A stretch of DNA of 64,000 nt from a virus. The translations under genes and the position numbers were made by a program. Each line of letters opens with the position of its first letter. Position 1 is the first letter of the stretch. Positions 57,534 to 64,000 of the stretch are shown here, piece after piece. The DNA lies in the IMG/VR virus record IMGVR_UViG_3300027852_001277; one strand, written 5' to 3'. The notes beneath the pieces were generated by a model that worked only from the letters and a program-made list of their open reading frames with translations, was not told the DNA's origin and made no database searches.

Positions 57534-57965
57534 TTATTCCTTGTCTTTAGTATCTTCAGCTTGAGTAGTTTCAGATTTGATTTTTTCTTCCTGATCAACA
57601 TCTATTGCAGATGAATTTATCTTAGATACGCTTGTTGGGAACACTTTATTATCCTGTTTACGTACTTCTCCAATAATAGCTTGAATCATATGTTCAACAA
57701 CGTCTATATGTGGAAGTACACTATGTGTATGGCCATCTTCAAACTGAATACAAATCATTATATCTACTGGTTTTCTTATAAAAACTTCTCTATTCATAGT
57801 TTCCATGGTAGAAAATTCTTCATTAAGGATCGCTCTAAACGCACTTAAATTTTCTTTAATTTGGTTAATCCCTAAAGGTACCACAACTGGCTGCCTTGTT
57901 TCTTTATTTTCATTAACTTGTGGTACGATTTCTTCTTTATTTTTGCCATTATCATTATTTTCCAT
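57534..57965 (-). CDS. hypothetical protein (paralogue of 16769..17215)
   Basis: Shared core motif. Confidence 0.7.
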   Translation of the reverse strand: MENNDNGKNKEEIVPQVNENKETRQPVVVPLGINQIKENLSAFRAILNEEFSTMETMNREVFIRKPVDIMICIQFEDGHTHSVLPHIDVVEHMIQAIIGEVRKQDNKVFPTSVSKINSSAIDVDQEEKIKSETTQAEDTKDKE

Positions 57966-58130
57966 TTTTACCTCCCAATTACTTTAAGATTTTTTAAAAG
58001 ATTTTAGATATCAAAAATTAAATTATTTCAATCTAACTTTATGTTACCTACCAATTTTTCCCAATTATATTTTGTTCTCCTTTCTTATTTAATGTCAGAG
58101 ATTTTAGTAAAAATAAATCATTTTCAGAAG

Positions 58131-58349
58131 CTATAATAGACCTATCATAGAAACAACATTAGTTTCAGCTATAGCTTTTTCTATTGCAATTAATAACCTT
58201 CTTACATTTATTCTATCGGTTGCACTTGGTTTAGTTTGTAAAGTTTTTTGTCCCCAAACAACTATGCCACCTGGCTTCCTAGTTTCTTTATTCCCGTTAA
58301 CTTGTGGTACGATTTCTTCTTTATTTTTGTCGTTATCATTGTTTTCCAT
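58131..58349 (-). CDS. chimeric ORF built from copied fragments
   Basis: N-terminus copies 57534..57965; C-terminus copies 57046-57071; followed by a 43-bp copy of 58607-58649. Confidence 0.55.
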   Translation of the reverse strand: MENNDNDKNKEEIVPQVNGNKETRKPGGIVVWGQKTLQTKPSATDRINVRRLLIAIEKAIAETNVVSMIGLL

Positions 58350-58540
58350 TTTTATTCCTAAATTGTTTTAAGGATTTACTTTATGTTATCTGTCAATTTT
58401 TCTCTATTATATTCTGACCACTTTCTGTTAAATGACCGCAATACGTTAATCGTTGAGGCACTGCTATTGTAGAATTGTCAGAATATGAAGGAAAAGATTT
58501 GAGCCTACGACGCATATCATCGGATATCATTATTTGATTA

Positions 58541-59551
58541 TCAATCCAGTGGAGTTATCATCGACTCGATGCTACCTCGGAATTGTTTTATCTGTTTTTC
58601 ACAGTCCTTATTTAATGTCAGAGATTTTAGTAAAAATAAATCATTTTCATTTATTTTAAAAAAAGTTCTTGTCTTATTTATTAATTCTAAAAAAGTTCTT
58701 GGTTCATGATCTAATGAAGCTTCGAATTCGTGGTTGACTTTTGAATCTGTAACAACATTAAGATATGCAGCTTGTTTTTTACTACAATTATTAATAATTT
58801 TTTGATAATTTATAACAGGTACCATTGGTGTAACTGCCTCAATATTTTCTACAGTATCTGTTCCTGCTACAGTATTTTCCCATCCATTATTACCTGAAAT
58901 AATACGAGACCTGCTTTGGGTAGTAAACTTGCGTAACTTTGTTAAAGCTGAATTTTTCATAGAAGTTTTTGCGGACCTTATTAATTTGTCTTTAAATTCC
59001 CAATCTCTTTTATAAAGAAAGCTTAAAGCTGATATTTGCATTTCAGTAACAAAATCACCTTTACTTAGGTTATTACTTTCATAAATAAATCTTAATTTAT
59101 TTTTGACCAAATAATTAATATAATCATATATATGATTATTTGCTATTATGAACAATTCGTCTTTGCTGTAAAGTCTTGGTTTAATAAGCCCCATTTTTAA
59201 GGTTGAAACTTCTTTTTTACTTAAATCAACTTCATCTAAAACAAACCTTATATCCCTTTCTGATATGTTAAATTCTTCTGACGCTTCTTTTATTTTACCA
59301 GTTATTATTGACTTTAAAACCGATCTCCAATAACTACTCAATACATAGTATGAGTGATCTGCAAAGAATTTTATCTCAAGCAATTCAGGTAAATCATGTC
59401 TTTTTGCCTGTATTTTTATATGAGATCGTTGTTTTGAAAGCCCTAACGCATACCGGAATATGTTAATACTAAGTTCTTTTATAATAACTGGATCTTTGAT
59501 TTTATAAAGTGCAGCATAAAGTTTACCACAAATCATAATATTAATCCTCAT
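58541..59551 (-). CDS. hypothetical protein, possibly a divergent sigma-factor-like regulator
   Basis: 336 aa; central segment loosely follows sigma region-2 spacing. Confidence 0.35.
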   Translation of the reverse strand: MRINIMICGKLYAALYKIKDPVIIKELSINIFRYALGLSKQRSHIKIQAKRHDLPELLEIKFFADHSYYVLSSYWRSVLKSIITGKIKEASEEFNISERDIRFVLDEVDLSKKEVSTLKMGLIKPRLYSKDELFIIANNHIYDYINYLVKNKLRFIYESNNLSKGDFVTEMQISALSFLYKRDWEFKDKLIRSAKTSMKNSALTKLRKFTTQSRSRIISGNNGWENTVAGTDTVENIEAVTPMVPVINYQKIINNCSKKQAAYLNVVTDSKVNHEFEASLDHEPRTFLELINKTRTFFKINENDLFLLKSLTLNKDCEKQIKQFRGSIESMITPLD

Positions 59552-60311
59552 ATTCTATACGTTTCGAGCAGGACTCAAAAAATAATTTTGTTTCGTTATT
59601 AATTAAAGCATAATGCATACGCCATACTTGTCGTTTTGGGACTAACCATAAACTATTATCTCTTCTCCAAATCATTAATTTATGCGTATTCTTTCTTATA
59701 GCAGCAATGTCAAAGTGAGATAATCTAATTGTAACTTTTTCTTCTTTAATTATAGTAAATTTTCTTTTTAAAGAAAATTCAATATCTTTGTATTCCTTTT
59801 TTGATTCATTGATTCTTTCAGCTTTTTTTGCTAATTCTAGTTTTATTTTTGCTTTTTTATTTTCTATATCAGCATCTGATTGTATTGTTAAATCATACAT
59901 TTCAATTGGGGATTTTATAAATTCATCCTTAACTTTTATAAGAGCTTTCCCATCTAAAATATTAATAACTTCTACCCATTTTTCGTTTTCTTTGTGCCAT
60001 AATTTCCATGTTATTCCTGCCTCAGATAAGAGTTTTATAATTATGTCGCGAAGCAATTCTTCAAATTTTGTTTTAGCCCATTTATATTCTTTACGGAGTA
60101 GTAATGTACCCCATGAAATTCTTATTCTGCTATGGTATTGTTTAAGACAACGTATCATTTCTTCTTTACTACATTTTTCACATTTTAATTTTTTAGCGCA
60201 TTCCATATTCAATACAGACATCAATAGAGACATCGTTTTTGGATTTATAGTTCTTTCAAGCTTTCTGATATCTTTTAATTGTGCAATTATTTCATCGTAA
60301 TCTATTTCCAT
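59541..60311 (-). CDS. hypothetical protein
   Basis: 256-aa ORF, AGGAGG RBS. Confidence 0.7.
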   Translation of the reverse strand: MEIDYDEIIAQLKDIRKLERTINPKTMSLLMSVLNMECAKKLKCEKCSKEEMIRCLKQYHSRIRISWGTLLLRKEYKWAKTKFEELLRDIIIKLLSEAGITWKLWHKENEKWVEVINILDGKALIKVKDEFIKSPIEMYDLTIQSDADIENKKAKIKLELAKKAERINESKKEYKDIEFSLKRKFTIIKEEKVTIRLSHFDIAAIRKNTHKLMIWRRDNSLWLVPKRQVWRMHYALINNETKLFFESCSKRIEYED

Positions 60312-60344
60312 TTATTTCCTCCTGAAGGTTTGGTTATTTTGACA

Positions 60345-60851
60345 TTAACTTCCCCTAACTCTTGTAGCTATAATTCTCTTATTTGTTTTTAGTCGTACTT
60401 TTAGTTTAGTTTTTAAAAAAACTCTAGTCTTATTCTTTTTATCTACAGATGTAATTGGTAGGGTGAACGTTGTTTCACTATCTTCAGGTCTTCCTTGTAT
60501 AAAATAAGTATCATCTATTTTTATTATATTTTCTACAAATATTGTAAACCATCTACCTTTAAATTGATAAAGAACTATACTACCAATTTTATGTGGTAAT
60601 TTACTTTTTATAAAAACATTTTGTATTTTTATTATCCTTTCTATAATATCTAAATCTTTTTTATACAGCCCATCTAGATGGGCTAGAAACTTATTCAAAG
60701 ATTTTCTTTTCTCTATAAAAAGGAAGTTTGGCCTCCAATTTCTACAAGCCTTATACTCTTCATGGAAGCCAAGATCGTAGCAAAATTTGTATTTCCCATT
60801 TTTTAATTTTGGTTTTGATTTTAAATAAATACATGATTCGCATTTTAGCAT
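60345..60851 (-). CDS. hypothetical protein
   Basis: CESC...C...C motif. Confidence 0.65.
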   Translation of the reverse strand: MLKCESCIYLKSKPKLKNGKYKFCYDLGFHEEYKACRNWRPNFLFIEKRKSLNKFLAHLDGLYKKDLDIIERIIKIQNVFIKSKLPHKIGSIVLYQFKGRWFTIFVENIIKIDDTYFIQGRPEDSETTFTLPITSVDKKNKTRVFLKTKLKVRLKTNKRIIATRVRGS

Positions 60852-60942
60852 TTCTCACCCCATTTATTTATACAGGAACTGTTCAGCTATTTTAGAAAAT
60901 CAGGTTCGGCGAATCATAATCTTTTAAACCGAATTTTCTACA

Positions 60943-62340
60943 TTATTTTTTATCGTCCCTTATTCTTAATGATCCAAATCTCATTTTAGCTACTTTATCA
61001 TCTTGTCTTCTAACTTCGATATATTTTATAGATTTTCTTTTCTTCCACAACTCATCTCTTTTTTTGTCTGTCATACCTATACCTACACGAACCTCTTTAC
61101 CATTTTTTAAGATTGTTAGCGAACCTAACGTTCCTTTTAACCTTCCGGTGCCCTCGCGATATCCTACTACTTTAAAATCATCAGTTTTAAACTTTTTCCT
61201 TTTCCACCAATAATCAGATCTATCTATAGTGTACGGTGAATCAGGGGATTTTGCCATTATCCCTTCATAACCTTTTTTAAGGTAATACTTGAATAATAAA
61301 TTAAGTTCTTTTTTAGAATTTACTGTATGTTGTTTAGGATACCGGAATTCCTTTGGCAGTTTTTTTATTAGCTTTACTAACCTTTTTCTCCTTTTGCGTA
61401 AAGGGTTTTTATCAGTAAAACATTTACTTTCCATAAAAACTGATTTTGATGGTAAGTCAAAAGAATAGAATATTAGGTTATTTCGTACATAGGATAACCA
61501 TTCTTCTGAAGCTACATATTCACCGGATTTTTTTACACCTCTTTTTAGAAGAGCTCGTGTTTTACCCCATTTACTCTTAAAAGAATATGGTGTTTTTGTA
61601 CCATTTTTTAATAAAGCTTTTCTGAGTTTTTCGTCCTTTTTAGACCATTTACAATAGAATTCACCATCTAGTAAACCACTTTTTACCATCTTTTTATTTA
61701 ATGATTTAATCATATGTGGCACTACCTGAGATAGTTTAAAACCTCCTCTGCTATATACTGATATCCTATCAATCTTTTCTTTTTTTACAAAAACACCTCT
61801 TGTTCCGTCTATCTTTTTTTCAACAAAAACTGGAAATTTAATCTTTAATCCTTTTGCTATAAAATCATCGTATTCAATACCTGTTTGTACACCAAACTTA
61901 GGTATAAGATCTTTCCATACAACGTTAAAAGTCTTACCGGAACATCCTATTTTTAAATTTCTGTTAATAATTCGTGAATACCATTTCTTTTCTAAGGAAG
62001 AGCATAACTTAAAAAACTTACTTAGTTCTTCTTTAGCTGCATTCCCCGATAAGACACCATTAGTGAAATTTTTTAATATTTTGCAAAAGGATTTATAATT
62101 TGATTTTTTTACTGTTTTACTATTTATTTTATTCGAAGAAGAAGTATATGATTCACAACGTACCCAATAACAAATACGCCAATCATATGTCATAGTTATT
62201 ATATTTTTAAGTATCTTGTTATTAAAAGCAGACGAGAATACAGATATTTTTTTATTCCTACCATTTTCTTTTTCTGCGTTTCTAAGTGCTATAAATGCTC
62301 GTTCTAATTCTGGTATTTTTTGTGTGTATGCAAATTTCAT
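60943..62340 (-). CDS. ATP-dependent DNA ligase
   Basis: EKKIDG (KxDG), SRGG, LDGEF, FDL, EGIMAK, WKRK, OB-fold EGTGRLKGTLGSL. Confidence 0.92.
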   Translation of the reverse strand: MKFAYTQKIPELERAFIALRNAEKENGRNKKISVFSSAFNNKILKNIITMTYDWRICYWVRCESYTSSSNKINSKTVKKSNYKSFCKILKNFTNGVLSGNAAKEELSKFFKLCSSLEKKWYSRIINRNLKIGCSGKTFNVVWKDLIPKFGVQTGIEYDDFIAKGLKIKFPVFVEKKIDGTRGVFVKKEKIDRISVYSRGGFKLSQVVPHMIKSLNKKMVKSGLLDGEFYCKWSKKDEKLRKALLKNGTKTPYSFKSKWGKTRALLKRGVKKSGEYVASEEWLSYVRNNLIFYSFDLPSKSVFMESKCFTDKNPLRKRRKRLVKLIKKLPKEFRYPKQHTVNSKKELNLLFKYYLKKGYEGIMAKSPDSPYTIDRSDYWWKRKKFKTDDFKVVGYREGTGRLKGTLGSLTILKNGKEVRVGIGMTDKKRDELWKKRKSIKYIEVRRQDDKVAKMRFGSLRIRDDKK

Positions 62341-62429
62341 ACTTTTCCCTTTTTATCATGTTACACCCAAGACCAAGAAAAACAACGTTAGTATCAGAGA
62401 ACGATTCGCTGCTTCTCTGGATGCGTGAG

Positions 62430-62729
62430 TTATATCCCTAGTACCTGTTTTATCTCATCACGCAATTGTTGCCTAGCATTACTATCTATTATTTCGTGCA
62501 TATAAGCAGACCCACAGTGATGCATAGATAGATAATATGCCAACGATTTAGGAACTGGAAGCTTCTTTTCTTCAGTGGAAGTTGAATTGCTTATCTTAAC
62601 ATAAGGCTCCACTGTGTCGAAATTCGCTCCACATACGTTCCACTCATCCGGTATTTCAAGCACTCCACCAGATTCTTGCCACTCTGCATTTGCTGCTGTT
62701 TTGCATATACTCATTTTGAGTCCTTTCAT
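62430..62729 (-). CDS. hypothetical protein
   Basis: PKSLAYYL..HHCGS; a paralogous fragment lies near 55580-55725. Confidence 0.6.
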   Translation of the reverse strand: MKGLKMSICKTAANAEWQESGGVLEIPDEWNVCGANFDTVEPYVKISNSTSTEEKKLPVPKSLAYYLSMHHCGSAYMHEIIDSNARQQLRDEIKQVLGI

Positions 62730-62739
62730 GTTGTAAATA

Positions 62740-62922
62740 TTATTGATTCAACGGCCACGTAAAGGCTTCTGCCCGACAAGTAAAAACAGCCCACGCAAAC
62801 TTCACCCTTTTCCAAAATGACAAATACTCTTTTTGATAATTTAACGGTCGAGCAGGCACCCATTGGTTATTGATGCAAGCTTTCGTAATGTTCGTATCTT
62901 GTAATTGTTTTAATGACCACAT
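62740..62922 (-). CDS. small phage protein
   Basis: WVPARPLNY...AWAVFTCRAEAFTWP. Confidence 0.6.
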   Translation of the reverse strand: MWSLKQLQDTNITKACINNQWVPARPLNYQKEYLSFWKRVKFAWAVFTCRAEAFTWPLNQ

Positions 62923-62962
62923 AATACACTCCTTTGATTAGTAATTTTCAGATAACCTTTAT

Positions 62963-63442
62963 TTACAAAGTCCCTTTTCTATTTTTTTGTATACCTATAT
63001 TTTCTTTGATTATTTGTTTTAACCAAAAAAGCTTTTTGTCTTCTGACGTTTCTTTTGCCTCTTGAGAAAGAAGATTAGATATTTTATTTAAACTTTTATT
63101 CAAAACACCAGTCCCGGATTTAACTTTTTTTAAGTTCTTTTTCAAACTTTTTATTTCTTTTTTTAGAGATCTTATTTCAGCATCTTTTTCGGCCATTAAC
63201 TCACGGAATGATTTATATTCCTTTATCCGTATTTTTTTATTTTTTATTAAATTAGAAATATCGAGTCTGCTAATAAATTTTTCAATGTCTTCTGTTATAG
63301 GTTTTGTTTCGTGCGGTTTAATAAATACCCCAGAAGATAATGACAGATTTTTGTTTGTTATATTTTCTACATAAGTTTTCATGTTTATTATTTCCTCTAA
63401 TATTGTTTTAACCTTGTTTGTTTCCGCTATTTTTCTTTTCAT
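62963..63442 (-). CDS. coiled-coil hypothetical protein
   Basis: ORF track. Confidence 0.6.
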   Translation of the reverse strand: MKRKIAETNKVKTILEEIINMKTYVENITNKNLSLSSGVFIKPHETKPITEDIEKFISRLDISNLIKNKKIRIKEYKSFRELMAEKDAEIRSLKKEIKSLKKNLKKVKSGTGVLNKSLNKISNLLSQEAKETSEDKKLFWLKQIIKENIGIQKNRKGTL

Positions 63443-63998
63443 TAAATTGATAATTTTTATTAACTCCGAATTTATAAATAATGAACTTTCCTATTTCCTC
63501 TTTTATATTAGACACAAGTTCTTCATTTCCCGTGTATAATAGTAAACCATTAGTTATGTCTCCACCATTCTTTTTAAGTTTAGCTTTTAATATTTCTATA
63601 CCTTTACTTATGTTATAATCTATATTATGGATATTATTTCTATCTACTTGAATATCACCATAGCCGCATACTCGCATTAAACCTCTTTTACCAGCTTCGG
63701 AAATGTAAGTCGGGTCGAATATTGATTGTGACGCTATTATACCAATTAATAATTCTACAGGAATTCCTTGTTTTTTGCTTTGTTTAATAGTTTCGCGACC
63801 AATTGCATTACATATTATTTTCGGGAGTTTATCATTTCTATAATATGCATAATCAGCTACGAGTTTTACTTCTGGTAAAAAAATCTCTTTATTAAAGGAA
63901 AGAATCGAGAAATAACGAGAAAAATTATAAATGTTTGCTGCCATAGAAAGTAAACAAATAACCATTACCAAGATGATTTTAATATTTTTTGTTTTTTT
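63408..63998 (-). CDS. lytic transglycosylase (SLT)-like protein, catalytic Glu replaced by Gln; start probably outside the window
   Basis: IIASQSIFDP, AGKRGLMRV, NISKGIEIL; frame open to the window edge. Confidence 0.7.
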   Translation of the reverse strand, partial: KKTKNIKIILVMVICLLSMAANIYNFSRYFSILSFNKEIFLPEVKLVADYAYYRNDKLPKIICNAIGRETIKQSKKQGIPVELLIGIIASQSIFDPTYISEAGKRGLMRVCGYGDIQVDRNNIHNIDYNISKGIEILKAKLKKNGGDITNGLLLYTGNEELVSNIKEEIGKFIIYKFGVNKNYQFNEKKNSGNKQG

Positions 63999-64000
63999 CT

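Noticed and set aside
1-64000. Cellular chromosome or archaeal Borg-like element
   Set aside because: No ribosomal or housekeeping operons; the dense small unknown ORFs fit a phage, and the bacterial RBS/promoter signals and peptidoglycan and heptose enzymes point to a bacterial host. The absence of virion genes here means a large plasmid cannot be formally excluded.

Overview
AT-rich, gene-dense segment that reads as the accessory region of a large (jumbo-type) bacteriophage. It has many short unknown ORFs with Shine-Dalgarno sites, nucleotide-metabolism genes (ThyA-like, dCMP deaminase, Tmk, 5'-nucleotidase, PyrD/PyrE/PyrF-like), a tRNA-Lys, an ATP-dependent DNA ligase and peptidoglycan-enzyme homologues. 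No capsid, terminase or rRNA genes are visible. Genes run on + up to ~16.7 kb and almost all on - thereafter. A PxxKW Cys-rich protein suggests a Desulfobacterota-like host (inference). The dominant feature is a dispersed repertoire of 11 full or near-full paralogous genes plus 3 remnants. They encode 21-aa leucine-rich-repeat solenoids (LxSLxGAPxxVGGxFxCxxNx; ~95 units by hand count) between a shared N-cap and, in most copies, a shared C-cap. Variation concentrates at the predicted concave-face positions, and the same nucleotide modules recur in different genes at different array positions, suggesting a combinatorially shuffled binding-protein library. Other notable items: a ~176-nt structured RNA candidate with 6S-like architecture, two families of repeated non-coding elements, split ADP-heptose synthase genes, homopolymer frameshifts in repeat-protein genes, three enzyme homologues lacking their catalytic Glu, and many copied-and-pasted 30-120 bp patches. 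All family calls come from recognising motifs by eye; no searches were run.
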